Below, piece after piece: positions 43,852 to 56,916 of a DNA stretch of 64,000 bases. The stretch's first letter is position 1, and each line of letters opens with the position of its first letter. The notes under the pieces are model-generated. The model saw nothing but the letters and a program-made list of their open reading frames with translations. It was not told the DNA's origin and searched no databases. The position numbers and the translations under genes are program-made. Source of the DNA: Gemmatimonadales bacterium (GTDB lineage Bacteria > Gemmatimonadota > Gemmatimonadetes > Gemmatimonadales > GWC2-71-9); the NCBI GenBank assembly GCA_039934355.1, contig JBDTMI010000001.1, positions 931 to 64,930 of the forward strand, read 5' to 3'.

Positions 43852-46290
43852 ATGCGTGAGCTGATACAGGATATCCGTTACGCTTTCCGGGGCTTGCGGC
43901 AGAGCCGGGGCTTTACCACCGTCGCGGTGCTCACGCTCGGGCTCGGGATCGGCGCCAACACCGCGATCTTCTCGGTCATCAACAGCGTGCTGCTCCGGCC
44001 GCTGGGCTACCCAGATCCTGACCGCCTGGTGACGGTGGAGCATCACTATCCCACTCTCGGCGATCTGCATGCATCAGTTTCGGTGCCGGGTTTCCTCGCC
44101 TACCAACAAAAGCGCCAGATCTTTGAAAAGGCCGCAGTGCAGAACGGCTGGCAGCCGACCCTCACCGGCCGAGGTGAGCCCACGCGGGTCCTCGGTTCCC
44201 AGGTTTCCGGCGACTTCTTCGGTGTCTTCGGGGTACCCCCGGCGCTGGGTCGCGTCCTGGGGGCCGAGGAAGCCGAGGCCGGTCACGACAGGGTCGTGGT
44301 CCTGAGCCTGGGGATGTGGCAGCGCGTATTCGGAGAGGACCCCTCCGCCCTGGGCCAACGAGTCCTGCTCGACGGTGAGAGTTATGAAATCGTCGGTATC
44401 ATGCCACCCGCCTTCGTCGATTTCTGGAACCGGCGGGCCGAGTTCTGGGTGCCGCTGGCGTTCACCCCGGCGCAGATGGACCCGAACCGTTGGACCAACG
44501 AGTTCCTGAGATTCACGGCCCGGATTCGCTCGGGAGAGTCGGTGGAGCAAGCGTCGGCGGACCTGGCAGCTTACGGGGTCCAGTTGCGGACTGAAAACCC
44601 GGACCGGTTCTCGCCAGACTGGGGCCTGCTCACCACCACGCTGAATGAGAAGGCCCGGGGACCGATGCGTGGCGCACTCTACCTGATGCTTGGCGCCGTC
44701 GGCCTGGTATTGCTGATCGCGTGCGCGAATGTCGCCAATCTGCAGCTGGCCCGGGCGGCGGCGCGCGGACGGGAGATCGCCGTGCGCGTGGCCCTCGGTG
44801 CATCCCCGGGCGCGTTGATGCGACAGTTGCTCACCGAGAGCATCCTGCTGGCGCTGGCGGGCGGCGTGCTGGGCGTGGTGCTGGCCGTGTGGAGTGTGCC
44901 GGCCCTGCTCGCGCTGGGGGGCGGTCGTGGGCTGCCCGATGCCAGTGATGTCCATCTCGACGGCAGTGTGCTCGCCTTTGCCCTGCTGATCTCGGTCCTG
45001 ACTGGCATCGTCTTCGGGCTTGCCCCGGCGATCCGGGTCGCTCGTGCCAGTCTCAACGAAGCACTCAAGGAAGGCGGGCGTGGCGTGGCGGCGGATCGGG
45101 GCGGACTGGCGCTCCGCCGGAGCCTGGTGGTTGCTACGGTGGCGCTGGCGCTGATGCTGCTCGCCGGGTCGGGTCTCCTGGTGCGCAGCTTCGGGCGCCT
45201 GGTTGGCATGGATCCCGGCTTCCACTCCGATCATCTGCTGACATTCAATGTGGCGCTTCCGCAGGTGAAGTATCCCAACGATACGGTCCGGATCGCAGCG
45301 CTCGAGAGGATCACCAGTGCCCTGAGCAACATGCCTGGCGTCACCTCCGCCGGCGGCACGTCGGTGATGCCGTTCGGGGGATCATGGTCCACCGGCAGCT
45401 TCAGCGTCGAGGGTTTCCAGCCTCCCACCAACGCGCCGGGTCCCTGGGGGGACATGCGGACGGTGACGCCGGACTTTCTGCCGACGCTCGGCGTCGAACT
45501 GCTCCAGGGGCGCCAGTTCAATGGAGAGGATCGGGCCGGGGGCCGCGCCGTGGTCATTGTGGACGAGGAGATGGCCCGGCGATTCTGGCCCAATGAGAAT
45601 CCCGTTGGCAAGCGGATCACGTTCAACAACCTGACCGACAGCAGCATTGCCTGGGTCGATGTGGTGGGCGAGGTGCGTCACACCATGCACGAGGGGCTTG
45701 ATGCGCAGGCGCGGGTCCAGCTCTACTTTCCGCTGCAGCAGAATGCTTTGCCGTTTCTTGCCTATGCGGTCCGCGTCAGTGGCGATCCCAAGGCCATTGC
45801 CAGCCTCGTCCGGCAGGCGGTCGCGTCAGTCGATGCCGACCTGCCGGTCTCCAATGTCAGCACGATGGACGAGCTGATCGAGGGCACCACCGGCCCGCGC
45901 CGGTTCGCGATGCTGCTGCTGGGCTCGTTCTCGGTGCTGGCAGCCGCGCTGGCCGCGATCGGGCTGTATGGGGTCATGTCGTATACCGTCACCCAGCGTT
46001 CCCGCGAACTCGGCGTCCGCCTCGCGCTCGGGGCGGTGCAGCGTGATGTGCTGAAGCTCGTGCTGGGGCAGGGGCTCCGACTCGCCCTCATCGGTGTCGG
46101 AGTGGGCCTGGTCGCAGCCCTCGTACTCACCCGGCTCCTGCGGAGCATGCTCTTCAACGTGAGCGCGACCGATCCGCTCACCTTCGTGCTGATACCGCTG
46201 TTGCTGCTGGCCGTGACGCTGCTGGCCAGCTGGATTCCGGCGCGACGGGCGACGCGGGTCGACCCGGCGGTTGTGCTGCGCGCAGACTGA
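43852..46290 (+). CDS. ADOP-family duplicated FtsX/MacB-type permease, copy 2
   Basis: 812 aa. N-terminus MRELIQDIRYAFRGLRQSRGFTTVAVLTLGLGIGAN. C-terminus WIPARRATRVDPAVVLRAD. Confidence 0.9.
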   Translation: MRELIQDIRYAFRGLRQSRGFTTVAVLTLGLGIGANTAIFSVINSVLLRPLGYPDPDRLVTVEHHYPTLGDLHASVSVPGFLAYQQKRQIFEKAAVQNGWQPTLTGRGEPTRVLGSQVSGDFFGVFGVPPALGRVLGAEEAEAGHDRVVVLSLGMWQRVFGEDPSALGQRVLLDGESYEIVGIMPPAFVDFWNRRAEFWVPLAFTPAQMDPNRWTNEFLRFTARIRSGESVEQASADLAAYGVQLRTENPDRFSPDWGLLTTTLNEKARGPMRGALYLMLGAVGLVLLIACANVANLQLARAAARGREIAVRVALGASPGALMRQLLTESILLALAGGVLGVVLAVWSVPALLALGGGRGLPDASDVHLDGSVLAFALLISVLTGIVFGLAPAIRVARASLNEALKEGGRGVAADRGGLALRRSLVVATVALALMLLAGSGLLVRSFGRLVGMDPGFHSDHLLTFNVALPQVKYPNDTVRIAALERITSALSNMPGVTSAGGTSVMPFGGSWSTGSFSVEGFQPPTNAPGPWGDMRTVTPDFLPTLGVELLQGRQFNGEDRAGGRAVVIVDEEMARRFWPNENPVGKRITFNNLTDSSIAWVDVVGEVRHTMHEGLDAQARVQLYFPLQQNALPFLAYAVRVSGDPKAIASLVRQAVASVDADLPVSNVSTMDELIEGTTGPRRFAMLLLGSFSVLAAALAAIGLYGVMSYTVTQRSRELGVRLALGAVQRDVLKLVLGQGLRLALIGVGVGLVAALVLTRLLRSMLFNVSATDPLTFVLIPLLLLAVTLLASWIPARRATRVDPAVVLRAD

Positions 46291-46371
46291 ATCCCTCCCC
46301 GCATTCTCAGGGCAAACCGCCGGTTCGTCCCCGCCCGACCCGGGAACTACTCAACGCCTGGACGCGCATTC

Positions 46372-48822
46372 ATGAGTTCACTGTTCGCTGATGTCCGCGC
46401 CGCGTGGCGCTCGGTCCGTCGCGCGCCGCAATTCTCCGTGATCGCCGCGTTGACCCTCGCGGTCGGCATCGGTGCCGTCACGACGCTCACCAGCATGCTC
46501 GACATGCTGCTGCGGCGTCCGCCAGCGGATGTCACGGCGCCGGCGCAGGTGGCCCGGCTGTTCTTCCATCACCGGAACCCGCAGTTCGGCGACTGGCGCA
46601 ACTCGGTGGTGAGCTACCCCGACTACACCGACCTCAGGCAGGCAAAGAGCTTCTCGGCCGTCACCGCGGTCTATAGCGGGTCGGCCTCGATGGGGCGTGG
46701 TGCCGACGCCGCCCCAGTCGACCTGGCCGCAGTGACGGGAAGCTATTTCCCGCTGCTGGGCGCCAGCCCGCTGCTGGGCCGGCTGCTGGGCCCCGACGAC
46801 GACCGGCTCGATGCCGGCGTCCCGGTGGTGGTGCTGAGCGAACGGTTGTGGCGTACCCGGTTTGGTGCCGGCCGGACCATCCTGGGACAGAGCATCGCAC
46901 TGGACGACCAGACCTACACCGTCGTCGGGGTGACCCGACCCGCATTTGACGGAGGTGAATACACGGCACCGGACCTCTGGGTGCCATTCACCGGCGTCGC
47001 GCACCGGATGCAGGGCAACGACGAGTATCGCACCGACCGGGGATGGTACTTCATCTCGCTGCTGGGACGGCTGGCGCCCGGTGCCACGCGGGAAGGGGCC
47101 GCCGCCGAGGCGACCAGCCTGATCCGCGCAGGCCGCAGCGATTCCGCCACGGCAAACGGGTTTCAGGATGTCCAGCTCGGGCCCGTCATGGAGGCGGCCG
47201 GCCCGGATCACAGCGGCACCGCGAATCTGGCGCGCTGGCTCAGCGCCATGTCGCTCCTGGTGCTGCTGATCGCCTGCGCCAACGTGGCCAACCTCATGCT
47301 CGCCCGCGGCCTGACGCGCGGCCGGGAACTCGCTATCCGCAAGGCACTCGGCGCGGGCCAGCGCCGCCTCGTCCGGCAGCTCTTCCTCGAGGGACTGCTG
47401 ATTTCGCTGATGGCCGGTTGCGTGGGGCTGCTGGTGGCAGCCTGGGGTGGTGGAGTGCTGCGCCACTACGTTCTCCCCGCCGCACTGGCGGAGCGATTCA
47501 CCACCGACGGGCGGGTCTTCGCGATCGCGGCAGGGGCCACGCTGATCGCCGCACTTCTAGCCAGCCTGGTGCCGGCGCTGCAGGTGACGGGGAGTGATCT
47601 GACACCGGTCCTGAAGGAAGGTGGGCGCGGCAGCGGATTTCGGCGCTCGCGGGTGCGGTCCGGCCTGGTGGTGGCCCAGGTCGCGCTGAGCGTGCTGTTG
47701 GTGATTGGCGCCGGGCTCTTCGCCCGCAGCCTCCGCAACATCCTCGGCATCGATGTCGGCTACGACCGCGACCAGGTGCTGATGGTGAGCGCCGATCCCG
47801 CCTCGGTGGGATTCACCGGCCCGCAGACGGGGCAGGCCTTCGATGCCATGCTCGCGGCGGCGCGCGCCCATCCGGGGGTTGTCTCGGGGGCCCTGACGTA
47901 TGGTGAACCCTTTGGCTGGAGCATGGCGCAGGGGCTGCGGATCGTGGGGCGGGATTCGCTCCCGCGGATGTCGAGCGGAGGGCCATACATCCAGCGCACC
48001 ACGGCGGAGTTCTTCCAGACGATGGGGATCGCGTTGCAGCGGGGACGCGGCTTCACGGAGGCGGACCGCCGCGAGCACCCTGCCGTCGCCGTTATCGGTG
48101 CCACCATGGCGAAACGGTTCTTTCCCGATGAGGATCCGATCGGCCAGTGTCTTCTCCTGGGCAAGGAGGCGATGGACTGCACTGCGATCATCGGGATCGC
48201 CGAGGACGGGGTGCGTTACTCGCCGCGGGAGGAGCCGCAGGCGATTTACTATGTGCCCCTTTCGCTGCCTGGGGTCGAGACCCGCCACCTGACGCTCTTC
48301 CTTCGCTCCCGCGGCCCCGCGGCGGCCCTCGCGGCGGAGGTGCGGGGTGTGCTGCAGTCCGCTGCGCCAGGGCTGCCCTATGTCGAGGTGCGGCCGCTGA
48401 ACCAGGTGCTGGAACCGGCGTACCGGGATTTCCGCCTTGGCGCCATGCTCTTCACGCTCTATGCGTTCGTGGCACTGCTGCTGGCGGCGCTCGGATTGTA
48501 CAGCGTGCTCGCGTATGCGGTGCGGGGACGGACCCAGGAACTCGGGGTGCGCCTCGCGCTGGGTGCCGCACCGAGCAGCCTGGTGCGGCTGGTGGTATCC
48601 GACGGTGTGCGACTCACGCTGCTGGGCACGGCGCTCGGCATCCTCGGCGCGCTGGCGGCGGGGAGGGCGCTCGCCAGTCTGCTGTATGGTGTACCGGCCT
48701 GGGATCCGCTCACCCTCGGACTCGCCACCGCGACGGTCCTGCTGACAGCGCTTTGCGCCAGTCTACTACCGGCGCGTCGGGCCACGCGCATCGACCCCAT
48801 GACCGCGCTCCGATCCGAATAG
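46372..48822 (+). CDS. ADOP-family duplicated FtsX/MacB-type permease, copy 3
   Basis: 816 aa. N-terminus MSSLFADVRAAWRSVRRAPQFSVIAALTLAVGIGA. C-terminus LLPARRATRIDPMTALRSE. Confidence 0.9.
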   Translation: MSSLFADVRAAWRSVRRAPQFSVIAALTLAVGIGAVTTLTSMLDMLLRRPPADVTAPAQVARLFFHHRNPQFGDWRNSVVSYPDYTDLRQAKSFSAVTAVYSGSASMGRGADAAPVDLAAVTGSYFPLLGASPLLGRLLGPDDDRLDAGVPVVVLSERLWRTRFGAGRTILGQSIALDDQTYTVVGVTRPAFDGGEYTAPDLWVPFTGVAHRMQGNDEYRTDRGWYFISLLGRLAPGATREGAAAEATSLIRAGRSDSATANGFQDVQLGPVMEAAGPDHSGTANLARWLSAMSLLVLLIACANVANLMLARGLTRGRELAIRKALGAGQRRLVRQLFLEGLLISLMAGCVGLLVAAWGGGVLRHYVLPAALAERFTTDGRVFAIAAGATLIAALLASLVPALQVTGSDLTPVLKEGGRGSGFRRSRVRSGLVVAQVALSVLLVIGAGLFARSLRNILGIDVGYDRDQVLMVSADPASVGFTGPQTGQAFDAMLAAARAHPGVVSGALTYGEPFGWSMAQGLRIVGRDSLPRMSSGGPYIQRTTAEFFQTMGIALQRGRGFTEADRREHPAVAVIGATMAKRFFPDEDPIGQCLLLGKEAMDCTAIIGIAEDGVRYSPREEPQAIYYVPLSLPGVETRHLTLFLRSRGPAAALAAEVRGVLQSAAPGLPYVEVRPLNQVLEPAYRDFRLGAMLFTLYAFVALLLAALGLYSVLAYAVRGRTQELGVRLALGAAPSSLVRLVVSDGVRLTLLGTALGILGALAAGRALASLLYGVPAWDPLTLGLATATVLLTALCASLLPARRATRIDPMTALRSE

Positions 48823-48870
48823 AGGCAACCCACGGGTTGCGTGCGTTCACCTCCCTCCGACACGAGGCCG

Positions 48871-51333
48871 ATGCTCATGACCGCGCTCATCGACGATCTG
48901 CGGATCGCCTTACGCACATTGCGGCGGGCCCCCGGCTTTGCCGCCGCCTGTGTGCTGACGTTCGCGGTCGGCATCGGCGCCACCACCTCGCTCTTCTCGG
49001 TGGTTGACGGGGTGATCCTCCGGCCGCTCCCTTTCGCCAACCCGGACGACCTCTACTTCTTCTCGGAGCAGGGCCGCGATGGCGCCCAACGCCTCCCGTC
49101 GTACCCCAATTTTTCCGACTACCGCACGGAGGCGACGGCCTTCGCCGCACTGGGGTATGTCGTTGGACAGTCGGCCATTCTCCGTACCGGGGACGGCGTC
49201 ACCAACTTCGCCCTGGGCAAGGTCTCCGACGGTTTCTTCCAGACGCTGGCGGTGGCACCGCTCCTCGGGAGAGGGCTCCTGCCGGAAGACGAGCGACCCT
49301 CCGCCGCCCCGGCGGCGGTACTGACCTACAGCTTCTGGCGATCCCAATTCGCTGGCGATCCGACGATCATCGGCCGGACCGTCACGACCGCCGAGGGCGG
49401 GCTGACGGTCGTCGGCGTCCTGCCGCCCGGGGTGGTCTTCCCCATCTGGGCCCAGATCTATTCGCCGCTGTCCGCCGGCGCACCCCCCGCAGCAATGCAG
49501 TGGCGGAATCTGCATGTAGACGGCGGGATGATCGCGCGCCTGGCCCCAGGTGCCGATCGGGCCCAGGCCGAGGCGCAGCTCGCCGCGCTCAGCCACCGGA
49601 TGGCCGAAGCCTATCCTGCCGACAACGCCGGATTCAGCGCGCTGCTCACGCCACTCCGCGATACCGTGATCAATGGCAACGTGCGGACGCCGCTGCTGTT
49701 CCTGCTCGCCGCGACCGGGGTTGTGCTGCTCATCGCGTGCGTCAATGTCGCCAACCTGTTCCTTGCCCGTCTGGCGCGCCGGACCCATGAACTGGCGCTC
49801 CGCTCGGCCCTCGGCGCGGAACGGAGCCGGCTGGTGACGCAGCTGCTGGCGGAAGCGGTGCTGCTGGCCAGCGTCGGCGCGGTGATCGGGCTGGTGTGCG
49901 CCGCCCTCCTGATCCGACTCCTGGCGACGGGCGATTCCAGCGTCGCGATCGCCGTTGGCAGCTTCGTGCCGCGACTCGAGGAGTTGCGAATGGATGGCCG
50001 CATCGTGGCGCTCGCCGTCAGCCTCACGCTCGCCAGTGCGCTGGCCGCGGGCCTGGTGCCGGCGTGGACCGGCAGTCGCACCGATCTCGCCAGGGTGCTC
50101 AAGCAGGGGGGCGCACGGAACAGCGGCGGATCAGGAACCGCCGGCCGCCGGCTGTTGATCGGCGCACAGAGCGGGCTCGCGCTGGCGCTGCTCATTGGGG
50201 CGGGGTTGCTCCTGAACAGTCTTTGGCGCGTGACCAGGGTGGATCGTGGTTTCGAGAGCGCAGGGCTGCTGACGGCGCACATCTTCCCGTCGCCGCGGTA
50301 CCAGGCGCCGGACAGCAACCTCCCGGAGCTGTATCGCCGCCTGGTCGATGCGGTCAGCGCGGTGCCCGGGGTGCGTGGGGTCGGACTGGTGAACCATCTC
50401 CCGATGGGCGGAGCGTGGACGGGCAGCCGAGTGAGCATTGATGGCGCGCCGATCGAGCCGGGGCGTGAGCTCACCGTCGGTGTCCGCTCCGTCAATCAAC
50501 CCTACCTCGACGTGATGCGGATTCCGCTGCGGCGCGGCCGGTGGTTCTCCCCGGGTGACATGCGCGAATCGCTCACCGGGGTCGTCATCAACCAGGCGAT
50601 GGCGGATAAGTACTGGCCCGGCGCCGATCCCGTCGGGCGTCGGGTTGCGTTTTTCAAGAGCGCCGCCGGCCGGGCTGATTTCGGACAGCCGCTCTCGGCG
50701 GAGGTCATCGGCGTCGTGGGCGACGTGCGGCAGTTCGGCCTGGAGCAGGCCTCGGATGCCGCGCTCTACGTCCCCTTCACGGCGGCGCCCTGGGGGCACA
50801 CGTCATTTACGATCCGCACCACTGGCGATCCGGCGCTATTGATCGAGCCGGTGCGACGCGCGCTCGTCGCGGCCGAGCCCGACCTGGTCGTCGATGGGCT
50901 GACCCCCATGGATCTGGTGGTGTCGGGCACGCTGGTGACCCGCAACTTCCTGCTGCTCCTGCTCGGCGGCTTCGCGCTGACCGCGCTGGTGCTGGCCGGC
51001 ATCGGTCTCTATGGCGTGCTCAGCCATCTGGTTGGCGAACGGACCAGGGAGATCGGGATTCGCCGCGCGATTGGTGCCAGCGAGGGCCGCATTGTGCGAC
51101 AGATTGTGAGCGACGGGATGATGGCGGTGACCGGCGGCGCGGTGGCCGGACTGACGCTCGCATGGGGCGTCGGCCGGCTACTCGCCAGCCAGCTCTTCGG
51201 GGTGACGCCGACCGATCCATTCACCTGGCTCGCGACCACGCTGGTGCTGTTGATTACCGGGCTCGTGGCCTGCTATGGACCGGCCCGACGGGCCGCGCGC
51301 ATCGATCCGCTCACCGCACTCCGGAGTGAATGA
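48871..51333 (+). CDS. ADOP-family duplicated FtsX/MacB-type permease, copy 4
   Basis: ATG at 48871 ([37 protein letters not shown]) inside track ORF 48841..51333. C-terminus [19 protein letters not shown]. Confidence 0.9.
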   Translation: MLMTALIDDLRIALRTLRRAPGFAAACVLTFAVGIGATTSLFSVVDGVILRPLPFANPDDLYFFSEQGRDGAQRLPSYPNFSDYRTEATAFAALGYVVGQSAILRTGDGVTNFALGKVSDGFFQTLAVAPLLGRGLLPEDERPSAAPAAVLTYSFWRSQFAGDPTIIGRTVTTAEGGLTVVGVLPPGVVFPIWAQIYSPLSAGAPPAAMQWRNLHVDGGMIARLAPGADRAQAEAQLAALSHRMAEAYPADNAGFSALLTPLRDTVINGNVRTPLLFLLAATGVVLLIACVNVANLFLARLARRTHELALRSALGAERSRLVTQLLAEAVLLASVGAVIGLVCAALLIRLLATGDSSVAIAVGSFVPRLEELRMDGRIVALAVSLTLASALAAGLVPAWTGSRTDLARVLKQGGARNSGGSGTAGRRLLIGAQSGLALALLIGAGLLLNSLWRVTRVDRGFESAGLLTAHIFPSPRYQAPDSNLPELYRRLVDAVSAVPGVRGVGLVNHLPMGGAWTGSRVSIDGAPIEPGRELTVGVRSVNQPYLDVMRIPLRRGRWFSPGDMRESLTGVVINQAMADKYWPGADPVGRRVAFFKSAAGRADFGQPLSAEVIGVVGDVRQFGLEQASDAALYVPFTAAPWGHTSFTIRTTGDPALLIEPVRRALVAAEPDLVVDGLTPMDLVVSGTLVTRNFLLLLLGGFALTALVLAGIGLYGVLSHLVGERTREIGIRRAIGASEGRIVRQIVSDGMMAVTGGAVAGLTLAWGVGRLLASQLFGVTPTDPFTWLATTLVLLITGLVACYGPARRAARIDPLTALRSE

Positions 51334-53750
51334 TGGACACACTGCTGAAGGATCTCGTGTACGCCCTTCGCACCCTCCGGCGCAATCCGGGTTTCACGGC
51401 GGTGACCGTGTTGACGCTCGCACTGGGGATTGGCGCGAACACTGCGGTGTTCAGCGTCTTGTACAGTGTCATGCTCAAGCCGCTGCCGTATCCGGAGCCG
51501 GAGCGACTGGTCCGACTCACGCAACGGGGCGATGGCTACGAGGGGGAGCAGTCCCTCACCTACTCCACTTTCCAGTACATCTCCGCGCACCCGGCCGGAC
51601 TGGAGGCATCGGCGGTCACCGCTTCGGTCGGCTTCAACATCGTCGCTCCCGGGGGCGCAGTGCGCGCAGCCGGCATGCGGGTCTCTCGGGACTACCTCCG
51701 CACGCTCGGGATCAGCCCGGCCATGGGCCGCGACTTTGTCACTGAGGAAGACCAGCCGGGCGGCGCCAACGCCGTGATCCTGAGCCATGGATTCTGGCAG
51801 CGCGCCTTCGGCGGGGACCCTCGTGTGCTCGGGCGAAGCGTTTCCCTCGATGGCGCCCCCTACCAGGTGGTCGGGATCATGCCGGCCGACTTCCACGTGA
51901 CTCCGGCGGTGGAGGCCTGGTCGACCATCGCCCAGGTGGCGAACACGATCGGCAACGGCGCCAATCTCCAATTCGTGGGCCGACTCGCTCCCGACGTCAC
52001 GCTGGCGGAAGCGCGGGCGCGGTGGCTGCCGACCGCGTTGGAGCTGCCGCGAGCCTTCCCGGGGAATTTTGATCCGGTGAACCGGATCGAGCTTGCCTCC
52101 GCACTGGGAGTCACGATGCAGGCGGTGTCCGGCCCCATGAAACTGCTGGCCGGCGCGATCGCCTTCGTGCTCCTGATCGCCTGTGCCAACGTGACCAGCC
52201 TGGTCCTCGGCCGGGGACTGGTCCGCAACCGGGAACTGGCGCTGCGTCAGGCGCTCGGCGCGAGCCGCGCCCGGCTGATACGGCAACTCTTCACCGAGAG
52301 CATTCTGCTCGGATTGATCGGTGGCGCCCTCGGGCTCCTCCTCGCCACCTGGGGCGTGCATCTGCTGGTCAGCGTTCTCCCCGGTGACCTCCCCCGCGGC
52401 GAGGACGTCCGTATCGATGGCGCAGCGCTGGGCTTCACCCTTGGTCTGTCACTCCTGGTCGGCATCGTGGTCGGCCTGCTCCCCGCCTGGCACGCGCGAG
52501 TCGGCCTGCGCGGCGGAGCACGCATCGAGGGATCCTCTCGCAGCACCAGCGGCTCGAGCCACACCCGGATGCGCAACGCGCTGGTGATCGGTGAACTCGC
52601 CCTGGCCCTGGTGCTGCTCACCGGCGCGGGATTGCTGATCCGCACCTTTGCAAACCTCGTGGCGACCGATCCCGGGTTCGAGCCGAAGCAGGTGCTCGCT
52701 GCCGAGATCTGGTTGACTGGAACCCGCTATGCGACTCCCGCCGCCACCAGCGATTTCTACGACCGGCTCACCACCGAGTTGGCGGGGGTTCCCGGGGTGG
52801 TGCGCGCCGGCGTGGTCGAAGCCGGGCTTCCGCTCGAGCGTGGAGGCAACCTCGCGGTGGTACTCGATGGTGCGCGCCTGAAAGGCACGATCGATTATCG
52901 CAGCATTACGCCCGGCTACTTCGACGTCCTCGGCGTGTCGCTGCGTCAGGGACGGGGCGTCGCGGTCACCGACGTCGCCGGCGGAGAGCCAGTGGTCGTC
53001 GTGAACGAATCGTTCGCCGCTCACTTCCTCGGCGGTGGCGGCGCGGCGCTCAATCGCCAGGTGTCCGTCAGCCATGACCAGTTGGCGCTGCGCCGGGTCG
53101 TTGGTGTCGTAGCCGATGTCCGCTCGTTTGTCGGCCTGCCGGCCCCACCGACAGTGTTCCTCCCTTCGGCTCAGACCCCGACCGAGTTGACCCGGCTGTT
53201 GAGCACCTGGTATCCGATCCATGTGGTGCTCCAGACCCGGAATGACCCCGCCCGGCTGCAGGAGGCGCTGCGCAGCACGATTCATCGGGTGGATCCCCAG
53301 GTTCCCGTGGGTCGGGTGCGGCCGCTTTCGGAGGTGCTCGCCGAGACGCTGTCCCTGCAACGATTCATCATGGTCGTGCTCGCCGCCTTCGCGAGCCTCG
53401 CGATGCTGCTCGCCGTGGTCGGGATCTACGGGCTGCTGTCGTACCTGGTCCTTCAGCGCACCCGCGAGATCGGAGTGCGACTGGCGCTTGGTGCACGACC
53501 GGTCGACGTGCTCCGCATGGTGCTGCGGCAGGGCCTGGTGCTCACGATGGGAGGCGTGGTCCTGGGGCTGCTCGGTGCCGCGGCGCTGACCCGGCTCCTC
53601 GCCAGCCAGCTGCACGGGGTCGGGTCGCTCGATCCCAGGACATTCATTCTCGGCGGGTCCCTTCTCGTCGTGGTCGGTCTCGTGGCGAGCGCCCTCCCGG
53701 CGGTGAGGGCGGCGCGCGTTCAGCCAATGCAGTCACTCAGGAGCGAATGA
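51330..53750 (+). CDS. ADOP-family duplicated FtsX/MacB-type permease, copy 5
   Basis: 806 aa. N-terminus [41 protein letters not shown] overlap with copy 4. C-terminus [19 protein letters not shown]. Confidence 0.9.
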   Translation: MMDTLLKDLVYALRTLRRNPGFTAVTVLTLALGIGANTAVFSVLYSVMLKPLPYPEPERLVRLTQRGDGYEGEQSLTYSTFQYISAHPAGLEASAVTASVGFNIVAPGGAVRAAGMRVSRDYLRTLGISPAMGRDFVTEEDQPGGANAVILSHGFWQRAFGGDPRVLGRSVSLDGAPYQVVGIMPADFHVTPAVEAWSTIAQVANTIGNGANLQFVGRLAPDVTLAEARARWLPTALELPRAFPGNFDPVNRIELASALGVTMQAVSGPMKLLAGAIAFVLLIACANVTSLVLGRGLVRNRELALRQALGASRARLIRQLFTESILLGLIGGALGLLLATWGVHLLVSVLPGDLPRGEDVRIDGAALGFTLGLSLLVGIVVGLLPAWHARVGLRGGARIEGSSRSTSGSSHTRMRNALVIGELALALVLLTGAGLLIRTFANLVATDPGFEPKQVLAAEIWLTGTRYATPAATSDFYDRLTTELAGVPGVVRAGVVEAGLPLERGGNLAVVLDGARLKGTIDYRSITPGYFDVLGVSLRQGRGVAVTDVAGGEPVVVVNESFAAHFLGGGGAALNRQVSVSHDQLALRRVVGVVADVRSFVGLPAPPTVFLPSAQTPTELTRLLSTWYPIHVVLQTRNDPARLQEALRSTIHRVDPQVPVGRVRPLSEVLAETLSLQRFIMVVLAAFASLAMLLAVVGIYGLLSYLVLQRTREIGVRLALGARPVDVLRMVLRQGLVLTMGGVVLGLLGAAALTRLLASQLHGVGSLDPRTFILGGSLLVVVGLVASALPAVRAARVQPMQSLRSE

Positions 53751-56167
53751 TGGACACCCTGCTGCAGGATCTCCGGTACGCGCTCCGCGCACTCCGGCGC
53801 AGTCCCGGCTTCACGGTCGTCACCGTGCTGACGCTGGCCCTCGGCATCGGGGCGAACACCGCGATCTTCAGCGTGGTCAACGCGGTGCTCCTGCGGCCGC
53901 TGCCGTACGGAGCACCGGATCGACTGGTGATGGTGTGGGAGCGGAAGAGCGGAGGGCCCACCGACCGCAACGTCGTGAGTCCCGCCAACTATCTCGACTG
54001 GAAGGACCGCTCCTCCAGCTTCGAAGGTCTTGCGGCGTTCACCTGGTCCGGCACCACGTTGTTAGGCGACATACCGGAACGGGTGCAGGGCCGCAAGGTC
54101 ACTCCTGACTTCTTCAGTGTGCTTGCGGTGGCTCCGGCGCTGGGGCGCACCTTTACCGACGAAGAGGCCCGCAAGGGACAGGGGCGGGTGCTGATCCTGA
54201 GTGACGGGCTCTGGCGGCGGCGGTTCGGCGCCGATCCAACGCTGGTGGGGCAGTCCATCGCTGTGGCGGGAGGGACCGCCACGGTCCTGGGTATCATGCC
54301 GCGCTCCTTTCAGCCGCTTCCATGGGGGCAGGAGGAATATTGGGAGCCGCTCACCCTCGGTGCGGATGACCACCTCCGGCGGGGTCGATATGCGCAGGTC
54401 ATCGGACGGCTGAAACCCGGCGTGACCCTGGCTGCGGCGGAAGCGGAGATGGCGGGCATCGCCGGCGCGCTGGCGCAGGAGTATGTGGAGTTCAATACCG
54501 GATGGGGGGCAAATCTCGTCCCGCTCTCCGAGCAGGTGTCGGGCTCGTCGCGGCTGGCACTTCTGGTCGTCCTCGGCGCGGTGTCGCTGGTCCTGTTGAT
54601 CGCCTGCGCGAACGTGGCGAACCTGATGCTCGGCCGCGCCGCCTCGCGTCGCCGGGAACTCGCAGTCCGTTCCGCGCTGGGGGCGCCGCGCTGGCGCCTC
54701 ACTCGACAGTGGTTCACCGAAGGCGTCCTGCTGGCGTGCGCCGGGGGAGCGCTCGGAGTTCTCCTGGCGGTCTGGGGGGTGGATCTCCTGGTCGCAGCCG
54801 GACCAACCGGGATCCCCCGGTTGGCAGAATTGAGCGTGGACGGTCGTGTCCTCGCGGTCTCGGTGCTGGTGTCGCTCCTGGCGGGCGTGCTCTTCTCGTT
54901 GCCCGGACTCTGGGGCGGGGTGGCTCGACCGAGCGCGACCGGACTGCGCGAAGGGGCCCGCACCACGGCGGGCACCGGGGCGCGTCGTTTCCGTGGCGCA
55001 CTCGTCATCGGCCAGGTGGCGCTTGCGCTGGTACTGCTGTTCGGTGCCGGACTGCTGGTCCGCTCACTCCAGCGGCTAACGGCGGTTGACACCGGGTTCG
55101 ACCCCCGCAATCTCCTGACGGCGCAGCTGGACCTGCCCCTGGCGAGCTATCCCGACGACGCGCGCCAGGATGCGTTCTTCCGCCGACTGCTCGAGCGACT
55201 TCGCGCCACCCCGGGCATCGAGGCGGCCGGACTGGTCACCTACGTGCCGTTCATGGGCGCGGGGGCTGCCACCGGGTTCACCGTCGTGGGGCGGCCCCGC
55301 CCTTCGGCAGGTGAGGAGCCGGTGGCCGATATCCGGGTGGTCGATCCGGGATACTTCGATGCGATGAAGATTCCCCTGCGCCTTGGCCGCGGACCGACGG
55401 CAGCGGATGGCGCGGGTGCGCCGCCGGTGGTAGTGATCAACGAGACGATGGCGCGCCAGCTCTGGCCCGGCAGCGATCCGATCGGTCAGCGGGTACAGGT
55501 GAGCTGGTGGAACGAGCAGGCGTTGCCGGAGGTGATCGGCGTTGTGGGCGACGTGCGGCGCACCAGCCTCGATGAAGACCTGCGGCCGATGATCTATTAT
55601 CCGATGGGGCAGAGCCCGACCGGGGGCGGGATGATGCTGGTGGCCCGCACCCGGGGGGACGCCACCGCTTCGACCACGGCCGCGATCCGCCAGGCACTGC
55701 GCGAACTCGATCCCGTTCTGCCTATCAGCGACGTTGCCACCATGTACAACCGCCTCGCTGCGACCATGACGGACCGGCGCTACCCGATGATCCTGCTCGG
55801 GCTGTTCGCCGGAGTGGCGCTGGCTCTCGCGGCCATAGGTTTGTATGGTGTGCTCGCCTTTGCGGTGGGAGAGCGCACCCGGGAACTCGGGGTGCGGATG
55901 GCGCTGGGCGCGCGACCCGTCGACATCGTCGGCATGGTCTTGCGCGGAGGGCTCTCCCTCACGCTCGCCGGCTTGGGATTGGGTGCGGTCACGGCCGCGA
56001 TCGTTTCCCGGGTGCTCGGGCATCTGCTCTATCAGGTCCCGGCCACCGATCCGGCCACCTTCGGGGCGGTGTCGACGCTGCTGGTGATTGTGGCCGGCGT
56101 CGCCTGTCTCGTCCCCGCCCGTCGGGCAGCCCGCACCGATCCGATCGTGGTGCTCCGTGCCGAGTAG
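53747..56167 (+). CDS. ADOP-family duplicated FtsX/MacB-type permease, copy 6
   Basis: 806 aa. N-terminus [41 protein letters not shown] overlap with copy 5. C-terminus [19 protein letters not shown]. Confidence 0.9.
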   Translation: MMDTLLQDLRYALRALRRSPGFTVVTVLTLALGIGANTAIFSVVNAVLLRPLPYGAPDRLVMVWERKSGGPTDRNVVSPANYLDWKDRSSSFEGLAAFTWSGTTLLGDIPERVQGRKVTPDFFSVLAVAPALGRTFTDEEARKGQGRVLILSDGLWRRRFGADPTLVGQSIAVAGGTATVLGIMPRSFQPLPWGQEEYWEPLTLGADDHLRRGRYAQVIGRLKPGVTLAAAEAEMAGIAGALAQEYVEFNTGWGANLVPLSEQVSGSSRLALLVVLGAVSLVLLIACANVANLMLGRAASRRRELAVRSALGAPRWRLTRQWFTEGVLLACAGGALGVLLAVWGVDLLVAAGPTGIPRLAELSVDGRVLAVSVLVSLLAGVLFSLPGLWGGVARPSATGLREGARTTAGTGARRFRGALVIGQVALALVLLFGAGLLVRSLQRLTAVDTGFDPRNLLTAQLDLPLASYPDDARQDAFFRRLLERLRATPGIEAAGLVTYVPFMGAGAATGFTVVGRPRPSAGEEPVADIRVVDPGYFDAMKIPLRLGRGPTAADGAGAPPVVVINETMARQLWPGSDPIGQRVQVSWWNEQALPEVIGVVGDVRRTSLDEDLRPMIYYPMGQSPTGGGMMLVARTRGDATASTTAAIRQALRELDPVLPISDVATMYNRLAATMTDRRYPMILLGLFAGVALALAAIGLYGVLAFAVGERTRELGVRMALGARPVDIVGMVLRGGLSLTLAGLGLGAVTAAIVSRVLGHLLYQVPATDPATFGAVSTLLVIVAGVACLVPARRAARTDPIVVLRAE

Positions 56168-56221
56168 GCGGCCCGGACGGACGGCCCGCATCGTTCCCGT
56201 GGTCACCCTTCGGAGCACCTG

Positions 56222-56884
<663 letters not shown>

Positions 56885-56886
56885 GT

Positions 56887-56916
56887 GCGGTCAGCATTGA
56901 GCGTTCAGCGTTCAGC
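56887..56916. repeat. Left arm of the heptamer inverted repeat
   Basis: GCGGTCAGC ATTGAGC GTTCAGC GTTCAGC. It overlaps the stop codon of the four-helix-bundle ORF. Confidence 0.8.

Noticed and set aside
39240-44070. Long minus-strand ORFs across the pump locus (39240..40532, 40444..41613, 42397..44070; likewise 44074..45234, 46378..47466, 51273..52361, 52449..53615, 55076..56818)
   Set aside because: They are antisense to adaptor, NBD and permease genes that carry unambiguous motifs. Their translations are Arg/Gln/Glu/His-rich with no domain signatures.
51330-56167. Permease copies 5 and 6 as a very recent tandem duplication (same 806-aa length, near-identical MMDTLL start and junction sequence)
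   Set aside because: Beyond the first TM region, the periplasmic domains differ extensively at the protein level. The resemblance therefore reflects family-conserved termini rather than a recent duplication.
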